Shown: positions 7,498-16,967, counted from the stretch's first letter. The stretch: DNA of 29,993 bases from an uncultured Verrucomicrobiota bacterium (GCA_964566745.1 CAZMLP010000222.1:1-29993), one strand, 5' to 3'. Numbers and translations are program-made. Notes: generated from the letters alone by a model not told the origin.

Positions 7498-7854
7498 ATG
7501 ATCACCCAAATCATCTTCGTCTTGTTTGTTATTTTTTTTGTGGGCATTGGCGTCTGGGTGCTGATGCAAGCGGCGCGGGTGGTGGTCAATGGCGGCGGCT
7601 CCTCCCGCCAAAATTCGGGCACGCTCCCGCGCCCCGAGGACACATCTGCCGCGAACGCTGCCGCATTGGCTGGCAATTCCGTCCCGGCGGATGAGTGCAA
7701 TACTCATCACCACTCCCACTCGCACCACCATCCTCATGACCATGGCCATCATCATCATCACGATCACAGTGGTTGCTGCGGTGGCAATGACTCCAGTTCG
7801 TCCAGTTCCTCTGACACCGGCGGTTGTGGACATTCGCACAGCCACGGCGAGTAA
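7498..7854 (+). CDS. Single-TM protein with His/Cys/Ser/Gly-rich C-terminal tail
   Basis: 118 aa; N-terminal TM; HHHSHSHHHPHDHGHHHHHDHSGCCGG...GGCGHSHSHGE (18 His, 4 Cys). Confidence 0.7.
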   Translation: MITQIIFVLFVIFFVGIGVWVLMQAARVVVNGGGSSRQNSGTLPRPEDTSAANAAALAGNSVPADECNTHHHSHSHHHPHDHGHHHHHDHSGCCGGNDSSSSSSSDTGGCGHSHSHGE

Positions 7855-7872
7855 CGTTGGAGGGTCTTTAAC

Positions 7873-8477
<605 letters not shown>

Positions 8478-8478
<1 letters not shown>

Positions 8479-9197
8479 TGGCGGACGAGGCCACCGCCAC
8501 GCCCCAGCCCCGGCCCCGGCGCAAAGGCGGAGTCGTCACGCCCAAGCCATTGCGCTGGGATCGACGGCTTGCCGCGACCCTGATCTATGGATTCATTCGT
8601 GGAATGGCGGGCACCCTGCGCGCGCGCTTCGATGATCCCGCCAACACGCTGGACACGATCGCCAAGGAGCCGGCGATTTTCTGCATCTGGCACAACCGCC
8701 TTGCCCTCGCTTTGCCCGCTTACCGGCGGTTTGTGGCGAAGCCCCACCCGGAGCGGCGCCTCGCCGCGATGGTCAGCGCCAGCCAGGATGGTGGCATCGT
8801 GGCGCGCGTCCTGGAACACTTCGACGCCCGCCCGGCGCGCGGTTCCACGAGCCGGCGCGGCCCGCAGGCGCTGCTGGAATTGACCTCCTGCGCCGAGCGC
8901 GGTTTTGACTTGGCCATCACGCCGGACGGTCCGCGCGGTCCCTGTTATCGCGTGCAGGAAGGAGTGATCGCCCTGGCTCAACTCACCGGTCTGCCCGTGG
9001 TGCCGACCGGCTTTCGCCTTGGCTGGAAAGTCCGGCTCAAAAGTTGGGACCGTTTCCAAATCCCGCTGCCGTTCAGCGCATGGGACACGGTGTTGGGGCC
9101 GGCCCTGCGGGTTCCGCGCGAGGCCACTGACGCCGAGCGCGAGCAGTGGCGCGCGACTTTGGAGGCCGAGATGATGAAGGTGACGCGGGATTCCTGA
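8478..9197 (+). CDS. DUF374 / lysophospholipid acyltransferase-family protein
   Basis: IFCIWHNRL, MVSASQDGGIVA, RGSTSRRG, LAITPDGPRGP, GVIALAQLTGLPVVP, SWDRFQIPLPFS; ATG overlaps the ruvA stop. Confidence 0.88.
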
Positions 9198-9258
9198 CCC
9201 TTTCAAAAATCGCGCCCCGTCCGGTCGATCCTCGTAGCGTTTCTTTCCCTCGAGCGAG

Positions 9259-9472
9259 TTAATTAAATCTGTGGCCGTTTTCGGTAGGGACCGGTCGCTG
9301 ACCGGTCCGGGAACGTCCGAGCGGAAAGATTTGCCAACGGCGCTGCCGAAGGGTTTTTGTCTGTGGCCCCAGATTTGCCCGGACGGCTCAGCGAGCCGTC
9401 CCCACCTGGCGCCTGCCTGGCTATGTTTCCGGGGAGCCCACGCCGTCGGGCCGCGGCTACATAATTAATTAA
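9259..9472. mobile_element. Non-autonomous MITE/REPIN-like element carrying an inverted pair of REP hairpins
   Basis: 19-bp imperfect terminal inverted repeats (16/19) starting TTAATTAA. Internal GGTAG-GGACCGGTC-GCT-GACCGGTCC (9283-9308, +) and GGTGG-GGACGGCTC-GCT-GAGCCGTCC (9406-9381, -). Confidence 0.6.
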
Positions 9473-9505
9473 CGGGCTCCAGCCTCCCGGCGAGCAAAAG
9501 ATTTC

Positions 9506-9532
9506 TGAAACAATTCCCCTTCCCAGTTCGTT
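9506..9532 (+). promoter_or_regulatory. ECF-type promoter, probably autoregulatory
   Basis: TGAAAC-N17-CGTT, 14 nt before the ECF start; matches the general AAC (-35) / CGT (-10) ECF promoter pattern. Confidence 0.55.
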
Positions 9533-9546
9533 GTTGGGGTGGAAAC

Positions 9547-10083
9547 ATGATTCGGGAACTGGAATTCCAGATTTTGTGCAAGCGGCATGGCAATGATGTC
9601 TTTCGCTATGCGCTCTCCTTGCTGGGAAACCAGACGGACGCCGAGGACGCAACCCAGGAAGTGTTGCTCCGGCTCTGGAATCATCTGCCCCGCCTGGGCA
9701 TTTTTCATGTCAAGGGATGGCTCTTCCGAACCACGCGAAATTACTGCCTCGACCAGCTCCGGGGTCGCTCCCGCCAAGCTGGCGGATCCTTTGGCGAGGA
9801 TGAGATTCCCGAGGATTGGCCTGATGAGCTGGCGATTGATCCCGGGGTGGCGGCGGATTCCAAGCTTCGTCTCGAGCAGGCTCGCAATGTCTTGCTCAAA
9901 TTGCCGGAGACTCTTCGCAGTGTCTTCGTTCTTTATGAGGTGAACGGCCTGCGCTACCGGGAAATCGCCGAGACGCTCGACATTCCCCTCAACACGGTGA
10001 AGACGCACTTGTTGCGCGCCCGCGAAAAGCTGTCGCAGCTTGTGCTCAAGGAGGAAACATGGACGACCCACTGCAAGGACTAA
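9547..10083 (+). CDS. ECF RNA polymerase sigma factor
   Basis: DAEDATQEVLLRLW, GWLFRTTRNYCLDQLR, LPETLRSVFVLYEVNGLRYREIAETLDIPLNTVKTHLLRAR. Confidence 0.93.
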   Translation: MIRELEFQILCKRHGNDVFRYALSLLGNQTDAEDATQEVLLRLWNHLPRLGIFHVKGWLFRTTRNYCLDQLRGRSRQAGGSFGEDEIPEDWPDELAIDPGVAADSKLRLEQARNVLLKLPETLRSVFVLYEVNGLRYREIAETLDIPLNTVKTHLLRAREKLSQLVLKEETWTTHCKD

Positions 10084-10421
10084 TCCGCGAATTGCGGAGT
10101 CAAAAATGCCCGCCGACGGTGCTTGACCGGGTCGCCGGGCGCATTGCCCGCGAGAGAAACACGGGCCGCCTTCACCGGCCCCGGTGGGCCGTTGCCATGA
10201 GTCTCGTGGCCGTATTGGCGCTCGGCATGATTGCCGTCTGGCGCCAGCCTTCGCCTCGAATCAATCCCGGGACTGTGGCGGCAAACACGCGGGCGCAACG
10301 CGCCCTCGTCGCCCGCCAGGCGGAGGTCACCTTGGCCTCCATTGGCCATGCCTTGATCGAGGCCGCGGCCCGCACTGAAAACATCATTTCCAAGAGAGAC
10401 CGTTCCGCTGTCGCGGAATGA
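10059..10421 (+). CDS. Putative single-TM anti-sigma factor; C-terminus possibly frameshifted (alternative end 10461)
   Basis: GAGGA SD-like site; overlaps the sigma gene; TM RWAVAMSLVAVLALGMIAVW; alternative frame from 10396 ends in TGA overlapping the next ATG. Confidence 0.6.
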   Translation: MDDPLQGLIRELRSQKCPPTVLDRVAGRIARERNTGRLHRPRWAVAMSLVAVLALGMIAVWRQPSPRINPGTVAANTRAQRALVARQAEVTLASIGHALIEAAARTENIISKRDRSAVAE

Positions 10422-10457
10422 TCTCCAAGTCGTAAAAATCAAAGTCACCCAACCAAA

Positions 10458-11132
10458 ATGATTATGAAAAAACTCGTCTTCATCCTGGCGCTCGCCTTCC
10501 TCGGCGCTGGACCCGCGCGCCTTCTGGCGGAAACCAGCGTGGAAAAGGATCCCGCCTATCTGGCCATTGACCAGGCCATCGATCTGAAGGCCATTCGACC
10601 CGGGGTAAACGTCAACCTGCCGCGCTTCCTCTTGCAGGACGCGCTTTCCGATTTGAATGGCGGGACAAACGATCCGCTCGCCAAAACCGGCATCAATCTG
10701 GCCGACCTGGTGAAGGACGTGAAGCTCATCCGCCTGGTGATCATCGAGGCCAGCAAAACCAACCGGGACGCGGTGGAGAAAGGTGTCGCCGCGTTGCGCG
10801 CCACGCTCGATTCCAAATGGACGCCGGTCGCTGTGTTGCCGGACGAAAATATTGGCATCTACGCCTTGGGCGACCCCTCGGGGGAATCGATGGCGGGCTT
10901 GGCCGTGCTGGTCCACGATGGCGGCGACACCATCATCGCCAATATTGTCGGCCGCGTATCCCTCGGGAAAATCATCAAAATCGCCTCGAACATGAACAAA
11001 ATCCCCAAGGATCTGCTGAAAAAGCTGGCCTCAGCCGGCGGCCCCGCGGATGACAAGAAGGGGGACAAACCCGTGGACAAATCAGTGCCGGAACCCCCGC
11101 CCGTTCAGAAGGAAGAAAAGGCCGCGAAGTAA
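10458..11132 (+). CDS. Secreted DUF4252-like protein
   Basis: Signal peptide MKKLVFILALAFLGAGPARLLA; VNVNLPRFLL, KDVKLIRLVII, GLAVLVHDGGDTIIANIVGRVSLGKI; family inferred from pattern and from position after ECF/anti-sigma. Confidence 0.6.
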   Translation: MIMKKLVFILALAFLGAGPARLLAETSVEKDPAYLAIDQAIDLKAIRPGVNVNLPRFLLQDALSDLNGGTNDPLAKTGINLADLVKDVKLIRLVIIEASKTNRDAVEKGVAALRATLDSKWTPVAVLPDENIGIYALGDPSGESMAGLAVLVHDGGDTIIANIVGRVSLGKIIKIASNMNKIPKDLLKKLASAGGPADDKKGDKPVDKSVPEPPPVQKEEKAAK

Positions 11133-11169
11133 GCCAACGCGACGCTCGTTTACATCAAACAAATTTCCG

Positions 11170-11208
11170 AGCCACCGGTGCCAAACGGGCCGGTGGCTTT
11201 TTTCTTTT
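11170..11208 (+). terminator. Rho-independent terminator
   Basis: AGCCACCGG-N11-CCGGTGGCT followed by TTTTTCTTTT, 37 nt after the DUF4252 stop. Confidence 0.85.
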
Positions 11209-11340
11209 GTGGACGAATCCACAGGCGAGAACGCATCCCTCGCACCTCGACACCAGGCACGAGGAGGCCATCGATGCCTGGCGCGCATTGGCACACGACT
11301 TTTGGCCCAAGGTGACAAAGGTGCGCGAAATCGACCAACA

Positions 11341-13923
11341 TCACACGGCACGTTGCACGCCTGGCCGGACGGGACCGACAGGCCAGTGTTTTTTCGGCAC
11401 GTTTTCCCAGATCACTTTTCGCTCAGGCGCGGACAGGCCAGGACCGGCGGCGGTCAGGATCGTCTTCAAGTAAAACTCCGCCCGCTCCTTTTCCGTCGCG
11501 TACACCAGAAGACGGGTATTGGCCAGCGGAGGAATGGGAAAATCCGCCGGGAAACACGCCAGCCAGGCGCGGCAGTCCGGGCACGGCCACTCCAGCGCGA
11601 CCAGTTGCCCCAGCGTGGCGCTGAAGGAATTGATGGCCCACTCGGCATGCTTGCCGGTCGGCCGCACCAGGTTGAGCGCGGCGGCGAAATGCCGCCAGGC
11701 ATCCTCCTTTTGGCCCCGCTCCGCCGCGAGCAAGCCAAGCCCGTAGCGCGCCTCCGGGCAGTACTCGGACTCCAGCGCCCGCTCGTAATAGCCCGCCGCC
11801 TTTTCCGGTTGGCGCGCCATCAGATAGAGCCGCCCGATCCTCACCAAGTCCTCCGGGGTGTTGCGCTCCGCCTCGAAGAACGCCATCCACTCCGCCGCTT
11901 TCTCCAGCTCACGGGACAAAAAATGGAACCGCGCCTTGGCCAGCATTAGTTCCGGATCCTTCCGCAACTCCTCGCCCAGCGCGACCAATTGCTCCCCGGC
12001 CTCCGCGAGATGCCCCACGTCCAGCAGCAGGGTGAGAAAAAACTCGCGTTGCGCCCGGCTCCCGGGGGCAAGCGAGCAGGCCCGGCGGGCGTTCGGAATG
12101 GCGCTCTGCATCTTGCCGCGCCGGTACTGGCAAAGAGCAAGGAGCGCCAGCAAAGTCGGCTCGTCCAAACGTCCCGCCCGGGCGCGGTTGAGGCTCGCCT
12201 CCGCAGCGGCCCAATTTCCCCGGGAAATCATCGCCCAAGCGAGACTCCAGTTAGTGGAGACGCCGCGCAGACCGGTGGTCCGGCGCAACGCGTCAAAAGC
12301 CCAGTTCACCAAATCGTCCTGGTGGAAGAACCCCGCGCTGACCAGAACCGCGAGGATTCCCTCGATGTTGTCCTTGTCAAGTCGTGTGGCTCGCAGCCCG
12401 GCAACCTGGGCGCGCTGGTAATCGCATTGCGCCAGCGCGATGATAGCCTCCTCCCCCGCCACTTTTGCGCGGCGACGTTTTCTTGGCTCTTTGGCGATGA
12501 TGGCATCCAGTTCCTTTTCCAATGAGGCCGTCTTTTCCTTGTCCCAGGCCGGACCATTCCGCCACGCGGCCAGCAGCGCATCATAGTCCGGAATGGGCAA
12601 CACGAATTTCTCTTTGTAGCGGCCCCACAGTATCAGCCAAATGCCAGCTGCCAGTGAGAGGATAAAAATCAATATCCCTTCCCCAACCGATCCGGAAACA
12701 AGCGTGAACAGCGCAAAAAGCCCTCCCCCGAGGAGCGCCAACACGCCCACGCTTTGCCAGAGCCGGAAATAGGTCAGCCCGCCCTTTCCCAGGTTCCACT
12801 TTCCCAAGGACTCGGTGTCCCTCTCCTCGGCTTCCGCCGCCACGCGCTGGATTTCCTGGACCAACTTTTCCGCCACCTCGTCCGGGCGTTCCAGCAACAC
12901 CAGCGCGGAGGTCGCGTTCCGCGGTTTGGTCGCGGCGGTGACAGGCAACGCGGCCAGCCGGTCGCCCAGCAGAGGATGCGTGGCGTACGGATTGAAGACC
13001 CCCGCGCTTTGCTGGACCGCCACGCGGTCCCAGCCGGTGGTAAATTCCTCGACCAGCCAGCGGGTGAAGCTGGCGCCGCGATGCACTTGGGCCACCCGCT
13101 CCCGCCACGGCAACCGGGCGGCGACATTCGCGAGGTGCGCCACCTTGTTCAATGTTTCGCGATAGATAACGGCGCCGGTCAACTCGGCGGCCTTGGCGTC
13201 CGCCTCAAACTCGTCCTGGCGGGAACCGGCTGCGAACTGCCGCGCCGTCAGCCGCGCCAGCCAGTCCGCGATGGCGGCGAGCAGGTTGGCGAGACTGTCC
13301 GGGCGGCCGCCCCGCTCCCAGGCGTCCGCCTCCGCCGAAAGCCGGGCGGCGAGACTGCCAATTCGATCCAAGCCACCGCCCACCCAGCGGCGAAGACCGC
13401 GCTGGACCAGTTTGGCGTGGGCCATCTCGTGCGCCATGACCGCCTCGAACTCGGAGATGGCAAGCCCGGCAAGGAGGTCAAAGCCGGTCGTGAGCACCAC
13501 CTTCCCGGAACCGCGGCGAAACCCGCTCATGCGCACCGAGGCGTTCACCTCCATCGTCACGCGAATCTCGTCCGGCTCGGGAATTTCGAGCTGGCGTCCC
13601 AAACGCTGGAGCATGGCCTGCAATTCGGGCGCCTCCTCCTTGCGCAAGCGCAGGTGGAACTCGGCGCTTTTTTCCAGCCACAAAGAGCGGAAGAAATGGA
13701 CGAGCAGCCGCGAGTGGCATTGCACGAATGGAACAACCAGGCGAGAGGCTCCAACCCGGACCGCGCCGAGGACCAGCAGGACCTCCAACCCCAACAGCGC
13801 CACCAAGAAGAGGATGGAAAGGAGAACAAAAAGGTACGCCACCAAAATGGTGAAACCCGCGCCCGAGGCGACCGCGGCCTTCGCCGTTCCTGTCAGGGGC
13901 CGCTCCGTGATCTCCAAGCTCAT
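11341..13923 (-). CDS. M48 (HtpX/Ste24-like) membrane zinc metalloprotease fused to TPR repeats
   Basis: N-terminal TMs; EPDEIRVTMEVNASV; AVMAHEMAH (HExxH); SRQDEFEADAKAAELTG; ATHPLLGDRL; central TM pair; C-terminal TPR-like helices (AAGYYERALESEYCPEARYGLGLLA); start set at MSLEI. Confidence 0.85.
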   Translation of the reverse strand: MSLEITERPLTGTAKAAVASGAGFTILVAYLFVLLSILFLVALLGLEVLLVLGAVRVGASRLVVPFVQCHSRLLVHFFRSLWLEKSAEFHLRLRKEEAPELQAMLQRLGRQLEIPEPDEIRVTMEVNASVRMSGFRRGSGKVVLTTGFDLLAGLAISEFEAVMAHEMAHAKLVQRGLRRWVGGGLDRIGSLAARLSAEADAWERGGRPDSLANLLAAIADWLARLTARQFAAGSRQDEFEADAKAAELTGAVIYRETLNKVAHLANVAARLPWRERVAQVHRGASFTRWLVEEFTTGWDRVAVQQSAGVFNPYATHPLLGDRLAALPVTAATKPRNATSALVLLERPDEVAEKLVQEIQRVAAEAEERDTESLGKWNLGKGGLTYFRLWQSVGVLALLGGGLFALFTLVSGSVGEGILIFILSLAAGIWLILWGRYKEKFVLPIPDYDALLAAWRNGPAWDKEKTASLEKELDAIIAKEPRKRRRAKVAGEEAIIALAQCDYQRAQVAGLRATRLDKDNIEGILAVLVSAGFFHQDDLVNWAFDALRRTTGLRGVSTNWSLAWAMISRGNWAAAEASLNRARAGRLDEPTLLALLALCQYRRGKMQSAIPNARRACSLAPGSRAQREFFLTLLLDVGHLAEAGEQLVALGEELRKDPELMLAKARFHFLSRELEKAAEWMAFFEAERNTPEDLVRIGRLYLMARQPEKAAGYYERALESEYCPEARYGLGLLAAERGQKEDAWRHFAAALNLVRPTGKHAEWAINSFSATLGQLVALEWPCPDCRAWLACFPADFPIPPLANTRLLVYATEKERAEFYLKTILTAAGPGLSAPERKVIWENVPKKHWPVGPVRPGVQRAV

Positions 13924-14079
13924 GCGCTTTCCTCGGTCCCATTCGGGCACGCCTCCGGGAGCAGGATCAAGCCAAATGCTCCGCCGCTGTGCTCCGCCTC
14001 GCCCGACTTTTATGCCGAGATAACCAAAATCACTTCGGACTACTCGCCCATTTCCTTAAGCCACCACATTGCCCAGACC

Positions 14080-15543
14080 TCAAAGAGCCCGGGCGCGGTA
14101 GAAAACAACGGGCGCGGTGACTGGATCGACCAAGATCGCCATTCCACTGCTTCCGGCCACGTCTTGCGCTACTTTTTCCCAGGTGACGAAGTCGGTGGTT
14201 TTGTCAATTTCGACGGCTTGCCCAGGCTGGTGAACGCATTCGATTCGCACACGCGCTCCGTCCGGAGTGACCCCTTTGAGAACACTCACCACATCAATCT
14301 TCAACGACGGACGGCCATCCCAGCGGACATTCTGGATTTCGCCCGCCAATTGCACTGTCAGCCCAAACACCCCGCCACTGGTTCCCAAAGTCCCGAAACC
14401 GGCCTGCACATTCGCCGCAAGTGTGACCAGCGAACTCGCGCCGGGCCGACGCTCAAAATCGTAGGTGTCGGTCAACCGCCCTTCCACGCGAACGCGGTCG
14501 GCAAGGTCCCGGACCACCACGAATTTGGCCCCAGCGAGCGAGGCGAAGTGGAACGAGTAATAGAGATCGGTGTCCAGCGTCCACGCGTCCCCCGCAGAGT
14601 CGCTGGCCGGAAACTCGATAAAACTTGGGTCGGCGGCGGAGAAAAGGGGCGCCTCAAAACTGGTTTCGCCGCGCCCGAAGGCCGCCTGCATGCTCGCGGC
14701 TTCCCGCGCGATGGCGTTCATCACGATCTTCTTGAGCGCCACCGATTGGCAAATCCGCGCCGCGACATCCGATGTGCCGGCAAACTCATACTGCGGGACC
14801 AAGGCCGTGCCATCGGTCTGGCGCAACACGCCGGTGTTTTGATCCAGGTCGCGATCCGGATGCACCAGCGCGGCCGGCAACGACGCGGAGCCATCTGGGG
14901 CCTTGCCCGAGAGAAAGGCGCTCAGCAAGCGGGTCGCGGTCGGCAATGGAAAACTCCCCGCCCCCACCGTCGTGATGAGGCGCAAACTCGAGACCGCGCC
15001 AGTGTAACCGGTCTTGCCGATAATCGCGAACTGCCCGTCCGCGTGCACCAGGCTCTCGCCTGCCGAGACGGCGCCGTCATTGTCCAAATCCACCCACGCG
15101 ACGACCTCGGCGTCCAGTTCGCCGCCGGTAAACGGCGTCTCCAAGCTGGCAACGCCAGCCACCGGTTTGGCCGACGCCAAGACCGTGGTTCCGTCGTCCG
15201 ATCGGCGAAGCTGCACTTGCACACGATCTGCGAGCGTTGGGTCGGCAGAGTCGAGGGCGATCTCCGCTTTAACACGCGCCACGGCATCCGCGCGCGTTGC
15301 CATGACGATCCGGCCCAATTCCGCGCCCGTGCTTCCCGGCCCCCGATTGTTCGCGGAATTCACGGGCAAGCCGTTGAAGTCATCCCCCGGAAATTGGTCT
15401 GACCAAATGCGCGCAATTTTCAGCGTGACCTCCGCGCCCTTTGCCACCGTCCCCGCCAAAACGCCCAAACAAACCGCCGTGAGAAAGGCCACGCGCAGGT
15501 CGCGACGGAACCACCGCGTTCGCGCGATGCTGGTCACGATCAC
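14080..15543 (-). CDS. Secreted hypothetical protein with a Ca-binding-like DxDxDG loop and a C-terminal '...DFVTW...FYRA' domain
   Basis: 487-aa open frame; signal-like N-terminus; WVDLDNDGAVSAGE; C-terminus IDKTTDFVTWEKV...VDPVTAPVVFYRARAL; GTG start overlaps the upstream TGA. Confidence 0.75.
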   Translation of the reverse strand: MIVTSIARTRWFRRDLRVAFLTAVCLGVLAGTVAKGAEVTLKIARIWSDQFPGDDFNGLPVNSANNRGPGSTGAELGRIVMATRADAVARVKAEIALDSADPTLADRVQVQLRRSDDGTTVLASAKPVAGVASLETPFTGGELDAEVVAWVDLDNDGAVSAGESLVHADGQFAIIGKTGYTGAVSSLRLITTVGAGSFPLPTATRLLSAFLSGKAPDGSASLPAALVHPDRDLDQNTGVLRQTDGTALVPQYEFAGTSDVAARICQSVALKKIVMNAIAREAASMQAAFGRGETSFEAPLFSAADPSFIEFPASDSAGDAWTLDTDLYYSFHFASLAGAKFVVVRDLADRVRVEGRLTDTYDFERRPGASSLVTLAANVQAGFGTLGTSGGVFGLTVQLAGEIQNVRWDGRPSLKIDVVSVLKGVTPDGARVRIECVHQPGQAVEIDKTTDFVTWEKVAQDVAGSSGMAILVDPVTAPVVFYRARAL

Positions 15544-16748
15544 AAATCACCCCCGCTCAACGAAAAATTCAACTGGCCCGCCAAGCGTTGCTCGCGAATG
15601 CCGTAAAGGCCGGCCAGTTGCCGCGCCGCCTCCGCCTTCGCCGCGCGCATTGATTCACTCTGCCCGCGCCGTGTCGCCACGATCATCAAGTTCTTGCTGG
15701 TATGCTCGGGCGAGATGAACTCGAACACCCGCGTCTCATACCCCGCCCATTCCAGCAAGGCCGCGCGCAACGCGTCCGTGACGAACTCCGCCTGCCGCTC
15801 GCGGAGGATCCCATGGCGCAGCGTGGACGCCAGCGCGGGCGGCGGGACCAGTCGCGGCCGCAATTCCTTGTGGCAACACGGCGCCGCGAGAATCACCGCC
15901 GCGCCCGCCTGAATCCCTTTCGCGAGCGCGTCATCCGTGGCGGTGTCGCAGGCATGCAACGCCACCAGCACGTCCGTTTTTTCCAGCGCCGCGCCCTCGA
16001 TTGTCCCTTGCTCGAAACGCAAACCCGTCAGCCCGTTCTCCCTGGCGGCACGGTTGCAGAGTTCCACCAATTCTGCGCGCGCCTCGATGCCCGTGACTTT
16101 CGCCTCCGGCCAGCCCGCGCCGGTGAGACAAGTATAAGCCGCGAAAGTCAGGTAGCCTTTGCCACACCCCATGTCCACCAGGCGCAATTCGGGCCGGGAC
16201 AAAGTATCCAACTCACCTATCTGGTGCCCCAGCAACTCCACAAATTTATTAATCTGCCGGAACTTCGCCTCCATCCCTTTCGCCACTTGGCCATCACCGG
16301 TGGTCACAGCCAAGTCCCGCAGCCAGCCGGCTTGCGCGGCGGGAATGGCCCGTTGCCGCGCGCGATCATGCCGCGTGTCCGCCGGGGCGGCATGCGCGGG
16401 TTTGCCGAGAATGAGGCGCGCCCCCGCGCGTCCGCGAAAGCGCAACTCGGCAGACAGCTTGGTGGTGAACAGATGGGCGCTGTGAAATTCACGTCCGAGC
16501 ATCTCGCGCAGCAACGCAAAACCTTCCTCCGGCGCCAGGTTCTTCGTGATGTCCCGCGTGGCGTGGCGATAGACAAACGAGAGTCGCGGCCCGGCCGGGA
16601 GCGTCACGGGGCGCGCGTGCAGGTTCTTCAAGCCCGCCTCGCCCCCGCGATAATCGCCCAGCGTCAGTTTCACCAGGGTCCCCTCGCGCCAGGCGTCGCG
16701 GGCAAGGTCCACCCAGCGGCTTACGGCGTCGGGGGTTGAATTGCTCAT
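15540..16748 (-). CDS. Class I SAM-dependent methyltransferase (Methyltransf_32-like)
   Basis: KFRQINKFVELL, LVDMGCGKGYLTF, LHACDTATDDAL, APCCHKEL, FEFISPEHTSKNLMI. Confidence 0.88.
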   Translation of the reverse strand: MSNSTPDAVSRWVDLARDAWREGTLVKLTLGDYRGGEAGLKNLHARPVTLPAGPRLSFVYRHATRDITKNLAPEEGFALLREMLGREFHSAHLFTTKLSAELRFRGRAGARLILGKPAHAAPADTRHDRARQRAIPAAQAGWLRDLAVTTGDGQVAKGMEAKFRQINKFVELLGHQIGELDTLSRPELRLVDMGCGKGYLTFAAYTCLTGAGWPEAKVTGIEARAELVELCNRAARENGLTGLRFEQGTIEGAALEKTDVLVALHACDTATDDALAKGIQAGAAVILAAPCCHKELRPRLVPPPALASTLRHGILRERQAEFVTDALRAALLEWAGYETRVFEFISPEHTSKNLMIVATRRGQSESMRAAKAEAARQLAGLYGIREQRLAGQLNFSLSGGDL

Positions 16749-16967
16749 GGCGGAACCATTCCCGGACCATGCGCCGGATGCAACCCGCTTGTCATGGCGA
16801 CGCCAGAATCAATCGAACCTCGCCCGCTACTTCTTGTCAAAGACCGGGACACCCTGGCCGCCGGGAGGAGAGTTTCTGGCTTGCAAGGCGGCGGTGAATC
16901 CATGAGTTTGGATTCCATCCGTTGCCACGCGCGGCACGAACGTTGCTGCGCTGAACGTTGAATTATT

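Noticed and set aside
7532-7539. T8 tract as a phase-variation switch
   Set aside because: Short, in frame, and explained by Ile-Phe-Phe codons of the TM helix
12754-15402. 882-aa plus-strand ORF (similarly 24043..25854 minus, 7459..8391 minus, 8052..9206 minus, 18922..20178 minus)
   Set aside because: Antisense shadows of well-supported genes, expected in GC-rich DNA; the translations lack any family motif
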